Positions 47,269 to 59,748 are shown, counted from the stretch's first letter. The stretch: 64,000 bases of DNA from Thermoplasmatota archaeon (GCA_035526765.1 DATLBS010000009.1:7570-71569), one strand, 5' to 3'. Notes: generated by a model not told the origin, from the letters alone. A program made the numbers and translations.

Positions 47269-48564
47269 ATGGCCGTCAACGATCTCTTTGGGCAGCTGCT
47301 TCAGGTCGAACCGCTCTTCACGAACAAGGAAGTGATGCGTGCCTCGTACACGCCGGACGACCTGCCGCACCGTGACTCCGAGATCCGGGCCCTTGGCTCC
47401 CTGCTGGTCCCCGCCCTGCGCGGCGAGACCCCCTCCAACGTCTTCATCTACGGCAAGACCGGCACCGGCAAGACCGCGTGCGTCAAGTACGTCGGCAAGG
47501 AGCTCAGCACGAAGGGCACCGAGCTGGGCAAGCGCGTCAACCTGATCTACATCAACTGCGAGATCGTCGACACGCAGTACCGCGTCCTGCAGAACATCGC
47601 CAACGCCTTCGTGCCCGCCGAGAACTGGAGCCAGCGCATCCCCTTCACCGGGTGGCCGACCGACGAGGTCTACGAGGCCCTGCGCCGCTACGTCGACGGC
47701 TGGCTCAAGCAGGACGACACCCAGTGGGTGCGCGACGCCTCCCGCACCGGCGGCGAGGTCACCATCATCGTGCTGGACGAGGTGGACAAGCTCAAGGGCG
47801 ACGAGGTCCTCTACAACCTCAGCCGCATCAACTCCGACCTGGAGCACAACAAGGTCTCCGTCATCGGCATCAGCAACGACCTCAAGTTCACGGAGTTCCT
47901 CGACCCCCGCGTCAAGAGCTCCCTCGGCGAGGAGTCCATGATCTTCGCGCCCTACGACGCCAAGCAGCTCGAGGACATCCTGGGCCAGCGCGCCGGCATG
48001 GCCCTCAAGCCCAACGTCGTGCAGGAAGGCGTCATCCCCCTCTGCGCCGCCCTCGCGGCCCGCGAGCACGGCGACGCCCGCCGCGCCCTCGACCTCCTGC
48101 GTGTCGCGGCCGAGCTGGCCGAGCGCGACCGCAACCCCAAGGTCACGGACGCCCACGTCCGCATGGCGCAGAACAAGATCGAGCTGGACCGCATCTCCGA
48201 GGTCGTGCGCACCCTGCCGACACAGAGCAAGCTGGTCTTGCTGGCCACCATCCTCGGCGAGGAGAACAACCGCGACCAGGGCGTCCACACCCTCACCACG
48301 GGCGAGGTCTTCGACGTCTACAAGGAGCTGTGCAAGAGCACGGGATCCGACATCCTCACGCAGCGCCGCATCACGGACCTGATCTCGGAGCTGGACATGC
48401 TGGGCATCTTCACGGCCCGCGTCATCTCGAAGGGGCGCTACGGCCGCACCCGCGAGATCCAGATGAGCTGCCCCATCGACTCCACCAAGCGCGTGCTGGA
48501 GGAGGACGAGCTGATCCGCACCGTCGTGAACTTCCGGCCACGCAAGCAGAACCGCCTCGTCTGA
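47269..48564 (+). CDS. cdc6: Orc1/Cdc6 replication initiator
   Basis: YTPDDLPHR, Walker A GKTGTGKT, Walker B VLDEVD, HGDARRALDLLR, winged helix ISELDMLGI..GRYGRTR. Confidence 0.96.
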   Translation: MAVNDLFGQLLQVEPLFTNKEVMRASYTPDDLPHRDSEIRALGSLLVPALRGETPSNVFIYGKTGTGKTACVKYVGKELSTKGTELGKRVNLIYINCEIVDTQYRVLQNIANAFVPAENWSQRIPFTGWPTDEVYEALRRYVDGWLKQDDTQWVRDASRTGGEVTIIVLDEVDKLKGDEVLYNLSRINSDLEHNKVSVIGISNDLKFTEFLDPRVKSSLGEESMIFAPYDAKQLEDILGQRAGMALKPNVVQEGVIPLCAALAAREHGDARRALDLLRVAAELAERDRNPKVTDAHVRMAQNKIELDRISEVVRTLPTQSKLVLLATILGEENNRDQGVHTLTTGEVFDVYKELCKSTGSDILTQRRITDLISELDMLGIFTARVISKGRYGRTREIQMSCPIDSTKRVLEEDELIRTVVNFRPRKQNRLV

Positions 48565-48581
48565 GGCTTCGGCCTGCCGTC

Positions 48582-48806
48582 CGCAGAGAGCGCAGAGAGG
48601 GGGAGTCTTGGCTGGCCCCTGGTTTTCGGCGCCCACCGAACACAGATGGCACCGATGAGGCGGATGCTCCCACTCGCCGGAATTGACCCATCGCTCTGTT
48701 GCAAGGGGGCGCGCGAGGCGCGCCCGCGCAAACCTGTCACGGAACCCACGGAACCTTGGAAACCGAGACTCAAGCTTGGCTTTGCGGTTTCCGTGGCTTC
48801 CGTGGC
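48582..48806 (+). repeat. Mosaic intergenic element between convergent genes
   Basis: CGCAGAGAG x2, GAACACAGATGGCACCGAT, TTGACCCATCG, GGGCGCGC-GAG-GCGCGCCC 48707-48725, CACGGAACCCACGGAA...TTCCGTGGCTTCCGTGG. Confidence 0.88.
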
Positions 48807-48865
48807 CAGGAAGGGGGAGGGCGGCCGCGTGGCCGCGGCATCCGCTGTGAAGTCCTGGGCATCGA

Positions 48866-49792
48866 CTATTGCTGCGGCGGTGGCTGCAAGGGCTCCAGCC
48901 CCTCGTCCTTGCCCTTGCCCGCCAGTTTCCTCGCCGCCGTGACACCGTAGGGCAGGGCCACCAGGACGCCGAGGCTCACCACCAGCATCACCTTCGTGTC
49001 GCCGCCCGCGTTGCTGAAGTTCGTGGAGGGACCGCGCAGGTCGTCGACGAAGAGCTTGATGAGCCCGAACCACGGGAGCTCCCCGCGCGCCTTGCCGAGG
49101 ACCCAGTCCAACCGGGCAGGACCGGTGGCCAACCCGTTGGCGCACTGGTCCGCGACCTGGTTGTTGTCGCCCTTGGTGATGAAGCCGGAGTCCGCCATCG
49201 TCCAGCGGTGCGGGCCCGTCGTGCCCCCGAGGGTGCAGTGGGTCAGCGACGTCACCGCCTTCTGGTCCAGGGTCGCGACGTGGAAGATCCCCAGGTCCGG
49301 CACGGAGTACGTGTGGTCGGAGTCGTTGACCTGCACGTAGAAGAGGGCGCGATGGATGATGGGGGTCACCTGCGTGCTCCCGCCAGGGCGGTAGACGACG
49401 ACGTCGCCGGCCTTCGCGTAATGCGTGGCGCCCGCCTGCGCGAGGGTGGCCACCTGCGCGCGGTCCGTGATGTGGCGCACGAAGACGAGGTCCCCGGGGT
49501 CGATGGTCCCGATGCGCCCGTAGCGCAGGGGCTTGCAGTCCTTCCCGTAGGAGGGGCCCACGCCGTCGAGGCCGACGTCGGCGCAGTGCATCATGCTGCC
49601 CGAGGTGACCACGACGACGGGGTAGCCGCCGGCGATGGGCTGCCCGGTGGCCGCGTACAGGACCCCCAGGAGCGCGAGGATGACGAAGGCCCCCGCCAGG
49701 ACCTCGCGGACGGCGGGGTAGGGGGAGTCGTCGCGGGTGAGGAACCGGTGTAGCCGGGGCGCCCTCTCGCGCAGCCAGGCGACCCGGGACAC
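48866..49792 (-). CDS. Signal peptidase I (S26, archaeal Ser-His type), paralog 1
   Basis: VVTSGSM, GDVVVY, PIIHRA, ITKGDNN, PWFGLIKL; GTG start inferred. Confidence 0.88.
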   Translation of the reverse strand: MSRVAWLRERAPRLHRFLTRDDSPYPAVREVLAGAFVILALLGVLYAATGQPIAGGYPVVVVTSGSMMHCADVGLDGVGPSYGKDCKPLRYGRIGTIDPGDLVFVRHITDRAQVATLAQAGATHYAKAGDVVVYRPGGSTQVTPIIHRALFYVQVNDSDHTYSVPDLGIFHVATLDQKAVTSLTHCTLGGTTGPHRWTMADSGFITKGDNNQVADQCANGLATGPARLDWVLGKARGELPWFGLIKLFVDDLRGPSTNFSNAGGDTKVMLVVSLGVLVALPYGVTAARKLAGKGKDEGLEPLQPPPQQ

Positions 49793-49847
49793 GGGCGTTC
49801 GATTCGGGCGGGGCACAAAGCCTCTCCCGTGCCGCCGCGTCCCGCCG

Positions 49848-50702
49848 CTACGGCCCGCGTGGCGCACGAAGGCGGCGCGCCAGGCCGACGAGGGACGGCG
49901 CCGCCAGCAGGACGCCCAGCGTGACGACGAGGAGCACCTTCGCGTCCATGGAGGCGTTGGCGAAGTTCTTCGTCGCACCGGGGGGACTCCGCAGGTCGTC
50001 CACGAAGAGCTTCACGAGGCCCACCCACGGCACCTCGCCGCGCGCCTTGCCGATCACCCACTCCAGCCGCACGGGGCCGGAAGCGTTGCCGGGGCACTGG
50101 TCCGCGGCCAGGTTGTTGTCGCCGCGCGTGACGAAGCCGGAGTCCTTCGTCAGCGGAAGGATGCAGCCCGTCACCGCCACGAGCCGGGCCTGGTCGAGGC
50201 TGGAGGCATGGGAGATGCCGAGGTCCGCCACGGAGTAGGTGCCATCGCTCTCCGCCTGCACGAAGAAAAGGGCGCGATGGATGATGGCGGTGGCCGTCAG
50301 GGAGCCGCGCGGGTGGTACACGATCACGTCGCCAGCCTTCCCGTACGTCGCGTCCCCATCACCGGCCAGGGTGGCGACGTCCCTCACGGAATCCACGCTG
50401 CGCACGAACACCAGGTCGCCGGGGTCGATGGTGCCGATGCGGCCATAGTTCCCCGACTCGCAGGTCCTGCCGTAGTTGGCCTCGAGCGTGCCCGCGTTGC
50501 GGCAATGCATCATGCTGCCGGATGTGACCACCACCACCGGCCGCCCGCCGGCCAGGGGCTGCGCCGTTGCGCCATAGAGGAGCGCCAGCAGGACCAGGAT
50601 GACGAGGGCGCCGCCCACGACCTCGCGCACGAGGGGATAGGGCCGGTCGCCCCGCGTGAGGAAACGGTGCAGCCCCGGCGCACGGTCCTTGAGCCACGCC
50701 AC
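49848..50702 (-). CDS. Signal peptidase I (S26, archaeal Ser-His type), paralog 2
   Basis: VVTSGSM, GDVIVY, AIIHRA, VTRGDNN, PWVGLVKL; GTG start inferred. Confidence 0.88.
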   Translation of the reverse strand: MAWLKDRAPGLHRFLTRGDRPYPLVREVVGGALVILVLLALLYGATAQPLAGGRPVVVVTSGSMMHCRNAGTLEANYGRTCESGNYGRIGTIDPGDLVFVRSVDSVRDVATLAGDGDATYGKAGDVIVYHPRGSLTATAIIHRALFFVQAESDGTYSVADLGISHASSLDQARLVAVTGCILPLTKDSGFVTRGDNNLAADQCPGNASGPVRLEWVIGKARGEVPWVGLVKLFVDDLRSPPGATKNFANASMDAKVLLVVTLGVLLAAPSLVGLARRLRAPRGP

Positions 50703-50786
50703 GCCACGCCGAACGCCGCGCGCCCCAAAGCCCCTGCGGTCCCGACCCCAACCCCTTTGACGGAGAGGCCCCTGCCAAGAGCACCC

Positions 50787-51410
50787 ATGAAGGCCGCCCC
50801 CCAGCGCAAGGCCGCGGTGCATGCCGCGGCGGCGCACCTGCCGACCCGGTTCGGCACCTTCCAGATCCATGTCTACCGCGACGTGCCCACCGGCAAGGAG
50901 CATGCCGCCATCGTGAAGGGGTTCGTGTCGGAGCAGAACTGCCCCGACCCCGTGTTGGTGCGCATCCACAGCGAATGCCTCACGGGCGACATCTTCGGCT
51001 CGAAGCGGTGCGACTGCGGCCCCCAGCTGCACGAGGCCCTTCGGCGCATCGAGAAGGCGGGGCGCGGCGTCATCCTGTACCTGCGCCAGGAGGGGCGTGA
51101 CATCGGGCTCACCAACAAGATCCTCGCCTACGAGCTGCAGGAGCAGGGGCTGGACACGGTGGAGGCGAACCTCGAGCTGGGGCATCCGGCCGACGCGCGC
51201 ACGTACGATGCCGCGAAGGACATCCTCGACGACCTCGGGGTGCACTGCGTGAAGCTGCTGACGAACAATCCCGACAAGGTGACGGCCCTGCAGAAGCTGG
51301 GCTTCAACTGCCTCGAGCGCGTGCCCTTGGAGATCGACCCTGGCGAGGCCAACCGCGGGTACCTGGAGACGAAGCGCGACAAGATGGGGCATTTGCTTGA
51401 CAAGCTGTGA
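50787..51410 (+). CDS. ribA: GTP cyclohydrolase II
   Basis: LPTRFG, VRIHSECLTGDIFGSKRCDCG, YLRQEGRDIGL, LLTNNPDK, YLETKRDKMGH. Confidence 0.95.
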   Translation: MKAAPQRKAAVHAAAAHLPTRFGTFQIHVYRDVPTGKEHAAIVKGFVSEQNCPDPVLVRIHSECLTGDIFGSKRCDCGPQLHEALRRIEKAGRGVILYLRQEGRDIGLTNKILAYELQEQGLDTVEANLELGHPADARTYDAAKDILDDLGVHCVKLLTNNPDKVTALQKLGFNCLERVPLEIDPGEANRGYLETKRDKMGHLLDKL

Positions 51411-51440
51411 CCAGTCAACCATATGGCCGGGTTTCGCTGC

Positions 51441-51790
51441 CCACTGAACCACAGATGCCACAGATGGACGCAGATACAGGTCCCTTCAGGCTCAACGTTG
51501 GACCCAGAATCTCAACTTCGAGTCTCCAAAGCCACCTGCCTCTGATTTGACGCATCGGTCGCCGTGAAGACCCGAGGCTCAGGTCCTAGGGGTGTGTGTG
51601 GGCGGCGGCGGGTTGTTCCTGCAAGCGATGGCATGGGGCGCGCGAAGCGCGCCCGCCGAAACCAATCCAACGCTGCGGAGCCGTGCGCCCCGCGCACCAA
51701 GAACAATTTTTTCAACCTCCGCGCCCCCGCCGCCGTCCAAGGGGTGTTAGGCTCAACATGATCCAGAACCGAACGCGGAGGGGCCGACCA
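51441..51790 (+). repeat. Mosaic intergenic element between convergent genes
   Basis: GAACCACAGATGCCACAGAT; TTGACGCATCGGTCG; GGGCGCGC-GAA-GCGCGCCC 51636-51654; ATGATCCAGAACCGAACGCG 51758-51777 is the exact reverse complement of 34936-34955. Confidence 0.9.
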
Positions 51791-51837
51791 CCCAGAATGC
51801 TGGAGGCATCACAAGTTAGGAAATGCCGCCCGTGACC

Positions 51838-52281
51838 TCAACCCAGACTCTTCGTCATCAGGCGGCGGTTGTGGACCCCGAACCCGAGCCGCTTGTACAA
51901 CTCCAAAGCACGCGGGTTGCCGATGTCGACCTCTAGGTGCATGGCCCTTGCGCCTCCTCTCCCCGCCTCCTTCGCCATCGCCTCAAGCAAGGCGGTCCCG
52001 ATGCCCTGGCCGCGGTGGCTTGCGACGACGTACAGTTCATCCGCGAAGGCGTCGATTCCGCCGAACTCGATGCTGTAGCCGAACACGTAGACACCGTACC
52101 CGATCACTTGATCCTCCTCTTCTGCAAGCACGACCCCCCCACGTCCCGGCTCGGCCAGCAACCTCGCCACCGCCGACCGGCGCCCCTCCGGCGTCGTCGC
52201 CAACTGCTCATGCAGGTGAAAGTCTGCAATGTGGGGCAGGGCCCGGTCCAGGTCGGCTGAAGCCGCCGTGCGCAGCCTCAT
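51838..52281 (-). CDS. GNAT family N-acetyltransferase
   Basis: DELYVVASHRGQGIGTALL, LEVDIGNPRALELYKRLGF. Confidence 0.88.
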   Translation of the reverse strand: MRLRTAASADLDRALPHIADFHLHEQLATTPEGRRSAVARLLAEPGRGGVVLAEEEDQVIGYGVYVFGYSIEFGGIDAFADELYVVASHRGQGIGTALLEAMAKEAGRGGARAMHLEVDIGNPRALELYKRLGFGVHNRRLMTKSLG

Positions 52282-52661
52282 TCTCCCCTCGCGTCCCATT
52301 GGTGCGCCTCGCGGAACCAGGCCATGGTCCCGGCATCCAGGTCGGCGGCCGTGCGCAGGTGGATGCGGATGGAATACCGGTTCCCCGCCTCATCGTGCCG
52401 CACGCGATCGGAAGGGACGGCGCAGGGCAACAGGAAACGCACCACGATGCTCCCGTCAAGGTTGGCGGCGTTGCACCACAGGAACCGGGTTCGGCCCATG
52501 AGCGCGACGCGGCTCTTCGTGGCGGTGACCGTGAATGCGCGTACCGGTCGCATGGAGTCCACGAACTTCGCCAAGAGTGCGGCGGCCTGGGGGCGGTCCT
52601 TGAAGAAAAGGGCCGCCGCGACCTCATCGTCTGGGGAGACGTAGGGAACCGGCTGAGGCAC
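52278..52661 (-). CDS. DUF5655-like domain protein
   Basis: TVTATKSRVAL..RF, HLRTAADLDAGTMAWFREAH pattern; 4-nt overlap with the GNAT gene. Confidence 0.65.
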   Translation of the reverse strand: MPQPVPYVSPDDEVAAALFFKDRPQAAALLAKFVDSMRPVRAFTVTATKSRVALMGRTRFLWCNAANLDGSIVVRFLLPCAVPSDRVRHDEAGNRYSIRIHLRTAADLDAGTMAWFREAHQWDARGE

Positions 52662-52721
52662 GACCAGGGGACTTCATCCCCGTTGAAAGAGGGAACCGAT
52701 GGAGGGCTGAGCCGGGTTGCT

Positions 52722-53126
52722 TCAGGGCCCGTAGGCGCGCACTGGGATGCCAGCCTGCTGGATGCGGGCAAGCCCTTGGTCGGCGGTCACGAGGACATAG
52801 CGTCCGGCCGCGGCGGTCCCCGCGATCAAGGCGTCAAGTTGGCCAAGGGGGATGCCCTTGCGCATCATCTGCACCTGGATCTCTGCGGCGTGGCTGGCGG
52901 CGTGCTCGCTGAGTTCCGCCAGGGGCATGCTGGCTGCGACGGCCTCGAACTCCGCTTCCTCGAGCCGGTCGCCTCGCCACAGGAAGCCGAAACGGAGCTC
53001 GAAGAGCACCAGGGGAGACAAATGGGCGACTGCGCCTGCGCCGGCAAGTTGCTCCCACAGGTCGACGGCCTGCTTGCGGCCGCGCAAGAGGTCCACGAGG
53101 AACGAGGTGTCCGGGAGGACGTTCAC
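52722..53126 (-). CDS. vapC: PIN-domain toxin
   Basis: LPDTSFLVDLL, FELRFG, LDALIAGTA, LVTAD; 4-nt overlap with the antitoxin. Confidence 0.9.
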   Translation of the reverse strand: MNVLPDTSFLVDLLRGRKQAVDLWEQLAGAGAVAHLSPLVLFELRFGFLWRGDRLEEAEFEAVAASMPLAELSEHAASHAAEIQVQMMRKGIPLGQLDALIAGTAAAGRYVLVTADQGLARIQQAGIPVRAYGP

Positions 53127-53368
53127 AGGAGGCCTAGACGGCGGTACCGGTCCGTGGCGGCTTCGCGTTCGAGGGCCCGTTGCTTGTCCAGGAGGTCGCG
53201 CATGGCCTTGCCCTTGGCGGGACTGACCAGCCCGCTGAGACGGCGCATCGGGTCTTCCTGGGGGCGCAGGAGCCGTTGCACGACTTCGCTGAAACTCTCG
53301 TCCCCGCGTTTGGCCTGCAGCAGGATCGCGTAGGCGCCCTCCTCCAGGCTGATCGTCTTCGAGGCCAT
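53123..53368 (-). CDS. vapB: Archaeal VapB-type antitoxin
   Basis: MASKTISLEEGAYAILLQAKRGDESFSEVVQRLL N-terminus, directly upstream of the PIN gene. Confidence 0.88.
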   Translation of the reverse strand: MASKTISLEEGAYAILLQAKRGDESFSEVVQRLLRPQEDPMRRLSGLVSPAKGKAMRDLLDKQRALEREAATDRYRRLGLL

Positions 53369-53752
53369 GCATCTGTGTATGTGGATGCAAGGACTTCAAC
53401 CTTGTGGGAGACGCTGTCCTCGCCTTTTTCCCTCGCCGTGGTGGGGTAGCATTGGGACACCTTCTTGGGCTTCTCGAGGGGGTCCGCCTTGTATGGGCGC
53501 CCGTGCGTTGTCCCCCGGATGCTGCCCTCTGCCGCGGGGCATCCCCGATTGGGTGGGGCTCGTCCCGATGGGGATCTTGGCTGGCCTGGCCTCGCGGTTG
53601 GGGCGGTTCTTTGGGAGAAGGTCCACCCCCAATCTACGGCACTTTCACCCCGCCCCGGCCCAAACCCTAAAGGCCCCCGTGGAGTCAAGTGAAAACAACC
53701 CCAGACGGGGGTCCCCCGCGCCAATGGCCGGTGGGACGAGGAACACGTCCGA

Positions 53753-56659
<2,907 letters not shown>

Positions 56660-56700
56660 AGGAAAACGGCATGGCGTAAGGGCCCGGGGGTCGGCACGAA

Positions 56701-56867
56701 GTGCGGAGTCCTGCGTAGTCCTGCGGATTGCAACGGAGTCCTGCGTGGGCCTGCGGACTGCCACGATCGCCTGCGAAAGCGGGTGCAGGCCTGCGAAGGC
56801 TTGCGCAGAGCCTTGGCGGGCTGCGCATGACTACAGGCGACTGCGCAGCACTGCGTTCGCCTGCGCC
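56701..56867. repeat. Degenerate tandem array with 10-nt period, consensus about CTGCGNAGNC, 17 units
   Basis: CTGCG in register at 56711, 56721, 56741, 56751, 56771, 56791, 56821, 56841, 56851, 56861. Confidence 0.85.
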
Positions 56868-56985
56868 CTCCTCGCGAAGCGACGGACATGCCGGTGCGTG
56901 GCAGGCCGAGCGGCACAGCGTCTCCTGCCGCTGCCCAAAAACGTCCAACGCAGGTTTATGCTCCGCTTTCTGGATGGTCCCCTGG

Positions 56986-57429
56986 ATGCGGTCGGTCACC
57001 GGAGGGTTGTTCCTCGTGAGCGTCAAGATCCGCGACGAGCCCGGCGCCCTCGCCCGCGTCGCCCGGCTGCTGGCGGCGCACAACATCAACCTGCGCGGCC
57101 TCATGGTGGACGCCGCCGGCATCAACCTCCTGACGCAGTCCCTCCCCACGGCCCGGGCGGCGCTCGACGACAGCGACCTGCGCTACGAGACGCAGGAGGT
57201 CCACGAGGTGCTCCTGGAGGACCACCCCGGCACGCTGGCGGACCTGTGCGAGCGCCTGGCCAACGCCGGCATCAACATCGTGACCGCCTTCGGCGTCAGC
57301 ACCGGCAGCGCGGGCCGCATCTACATCAACGTGAGCGACCTCCCGCGGGCGGCGCCCATCATCGACACCGTGAGCCAGGGTCCAGCCCTCGTGCATTACC
57401 GGTTGGGCCGCATCGGCCCGGCGCCCTGA
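56986..57429 (+). CDS. Tandem ACT domain protein
   Basis: DEPGALARVARLLAAHNINL and DHPGTLADLCERLANAGINI; TTTATG about 26 nt upstream. Confidence 0.85.
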   Translation: MRSVTGGLFLVSVKIRDEPGALARVARLLAAHNINLRGLMVDAAGINLLTQSLPTARAALDDSDLRYETQEVHEVLLEDHPGTLADLCERLANAGINIVTAFGVSTGSAGRIYINVSDLPRAAPIIDTVSQGPALVHYRLGRIGPAP

Positions 57430-57559
57430 ACCTCAGCCTCGCCTTTTCCAGCTGTTCGCCCGCGTGTTTCGTCTCAATCGGCCTGCATCGCATGGTTCCC
57501 TTTGTCGAGCACTCCCGGGGCGTTCTCAGGCCGTCATGCGCTCCGCGTTCGGTTCCGAC

Positions 57560-58135
57560 GGCTCGCTCCCGACCTTCAAACGACGGTCGACCACGTTGCG
57601 TCGTGCGGTCTACGACCGCACATGGCATTCCCCTCTGACTTACCGGACACGCGCGACATGAGGGGCCTGCGGCCCTTCAAGGGACAAGACAAACACTGGG
57701 TTCTGGACCACCGACGTTCCATCACTCCTGTGTGGGGGCGGCGTCCAGCACCAGGAAAATGCTTGTGGTGAGCAAGCGCACGGCCCCAATTGCACGTGGA
57801 TAGGACGGAAAGTGCGGAGGCACTCCCCCGTTTTTTGCCGCGGAACCCACGGAAGCCCACGAAGTTAGACGTGAGTTCGATTCCCGTGAGTTCCGTGCCT
57901 TCCGTGGCTGGTTTCGGCGGGCGCGCTTCGCGCGCCCCATGCCATCGCTCGCAACATCGTCTCGTCGTGCCGGAGCACGGCGTCGTCGTCACAGGCGTGT
58001 TGACCGGTTGCGGGTTTACGACAGACCGATGGGTCGATTCGCGTCGAGGGATTTTGGAGGCCCGGCATAGGCGCTGACAGCAGGTGGGCGCCTCCATCTT
58101 CCCCAATCTGTGCCATCTGTAGTTCAGTGGGGGCC
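57560..58135 (-). repeat. About 580-bp mosaic intergenic element between convergent genes
   Basis: On the minus strand: GAACTACAGATGGCACAGAT, TCGACCCATCGGTCTGTCG (58019-58037), GAA hairpin (57919-57937), CACGGAA arms, GCA and GTA hairpins (57660-57678, 57603-57621). Confidence 0.92.
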
Positions 58136-58157
58136 GAAGCCCTGCCAAGAACTCGGG

Positions 58158-59102
58158 TCACTTGTTGCGGTACGGCGCCCAGGAATCCACGAGGGTCTCC
58201 GGCGTGAACGGCAAGGACACGATGCCCGTCCTCGCGTAGCGGTACAGCGCCGTCTGGTAGAGACTGCCCACCATCGACGCGAAGAGGCCCATGGCAAGGG
58301 AGGCGACGACGATGACGCAGCCTGCCGTCAGGACGAGGGGGAACATCGCCTTCGCCGAGACGATGCCTGCCGCCATCAGCAGGGGCAGGCCCATCATGAA
58401 CAACAGGAACGGCAGGAAGACAAGGAGCATCGGGACCATGACCGCGAGCCCGATCGTCACGATGCCCGCCGTCGCCTTGCCCCACTGGTCACGGGCCAAC
58501 GCGGTGGACGTGCGCAAGGCGCCGATGGCGCTGCGCTCGCCCTCGACGACGAGGACCGGGATGACGAAGTAGGCAGCCACGGCCCACGCGAGCGCGCCCA
58601 AGGTCTGGAAGGCCTGACCAATGTACGGGATGATGCGCAGCCGGTCCAGCAGTTGGCCGACCACCGCCAGCAGGCCGGACACGAGCATGGCGAGGAGGTT
58701 GTAGCGCGCGATGGGGCCAAGCTGTGCCACGGCCCGGCGCCAGGCGTCCTTCTTCCGGCCGGGACGGCCCTCCAGGCGCTCATGGGCGGCGTGGCAGAGC
58801 GCTGCGTTGAACAGGCTCGTCAGCACCATGAGCGGATACATCAGGGGCATCGCGAGGAAGAACAGGAAGGGACGCGCGCCCCGCGGGACGTGGAGCAGGT
58901 TCAGGAAAGAGGGCCCCAGGGCAAGAACGCCCCAGACCACGACGCCCACGAGCACGGCCGCGAACGCCAGCATGCTGGCAAGGCCCAGCAGGGGGAACAC
59001 CCAGAGGTCGCGCTCGGTGCGCAGCATGCGCCAGGACTGCCCGAAGATCGCGCGGCTCGTCGCGTAGCGCGCCCTGAACGGCACACGCACCTTGCCAGCC
59101 AT
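58158..59102 (-). CDS. Multi-TM membrane protein (DUF6159-like)
   Basis: SWRMLRTERDLWVFPLL, YFVIPVLVVEG..AIGALRTS, YQTALYRYA. Confidence 0.72.
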   Translation of the reverse strand: MAGKVRVPFRARYATSRAIFGQSWRMLRTERDLWVFPLLGLASMLAFAAVLVGVVVWGVLALGPSFLNLLHVPRGARPFLFFLAMPLMYPLMVLTSLFNAALCHAAHERLEGRPGRKKDAWRRAVAQLGPIARYNLLAMLVSGLLAVVGQLLDRLRIIPYIGQAFQTLGALAWAVAAYFVIPVLVVEGERSAIGALRTSTALARDQWGKATAGIVTIGLAVMVPMLLVFLPFLLFMMGLPLLMAAGIVSAKAMFPLVLTAGCVIVVASLAMGLFASMVGSLYQTALYRYARTGIVSLPFTPETLVDSWAPYRNK

Positions 59103-59329
59103 GCGGGGAGAACCCCTCGCCCTGGCTTGAATTTTCCTGGCCCTTGGCCGGTGCCCCGCGCATGCGGCGGACTGCGTCGCGCCCCAGGGGCGGCGCAGCG
59201 AATGGGTTAAGAGAGCCCCCCGAGTCGGCGCGCGTGCGCCCCTTTGGGGCGCGCGGGGTTCTGCCCTGGGATTCCCTGGCTCCGGCGTCCGCCGGAGCCG
59301 CATCGGGTGTCCTGAGGACACCCTCGCCC

Positions 59330-59402
59330 GGTCCTGTAGTGTAGCGGCCAATCATGGTGCCCTCTCACGGCACCGACCCGGGTTCAAATCCCGGCGGGAC
59401 CA
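59330..59402 (+). tRNA. tRNA-Glu (anticodon CTC), CCA not encoded
   Basis: Acceptor GGTCCTG/CGGGACC, anticodon stem GTGCC/GGCAC with loop CTCTCAC, T-loop GGTTCAAATCC. Confidence 0.96.
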
Positions 59403-59493
59403 TTCGCCTGGCTCCGCGCGGCCTCGCGCCCCGGCATGACGCCTGCCCATGGCCTTGCTGCGTGGCAACCCTTAACCTGGGGCCGCCGCTGGA

Positions 59494-59748
59494 ATGGGCG
59501 TGGTGGCGCCCCTTGGTCGCGATGCCCGCAGGTTGGACCTGCAGGCGCGCTTCAACCAGATGAGCGTGCGGCGGGAGGAGCTGGAGCGGCGCTACCCCGG
59601 CAGCTTCGGCATCGGGGGGATGCCGCCCAACCCCTTGGGCAAGCGCGCCCCCGACGGCCTCGTGGAGGAATGGAGGATCCTGTGCGATGCCCTGGCGAAG
59701 GTGGAGGCCGACCTCGCCACCCTGGTCCCCGAGCCCCCGAAGGCTTGA
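59494..59748 (+). CDS. Small hypothetical helical protein
   Basis: GCAACCCTTAA at 59465-59475 upstream; start 59494 or 59500. Confidence 0.55.
   Translation: MGVVAPLGRDARRLDLQARFNQMSVRREELERRYPGSFGIGGMPPNPLGKRAPDGLVEEWRILCDALAKVEADLATLVPEPPKA

Noticed and set aside
50787-51410. Bacterial-type RibA in an archaeon as a novelty
   Set aside because: GTP cyclohydrolase II is known from some archaeal lineages; nothing unusual in the sequence
53369-53752. Long gap before uvrA as SRP RNA or origin (GTCAAGTGAAAAC...GGGGGT)
   Set aside because: No SRP helix-8 motif found; the ORB resemblance is weak and single
56701-56867. Possible CRISPR array (also considered for 33191-33299 and 40113-40271)
   Set aside because: No run of identical 23-47 nt repeats with unique spacers, and no cas genes in the window
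59330-59402. tRNA-Glu as an integration site
   Set aside because: No duplicated tRNA 3' end and no integrase in the window
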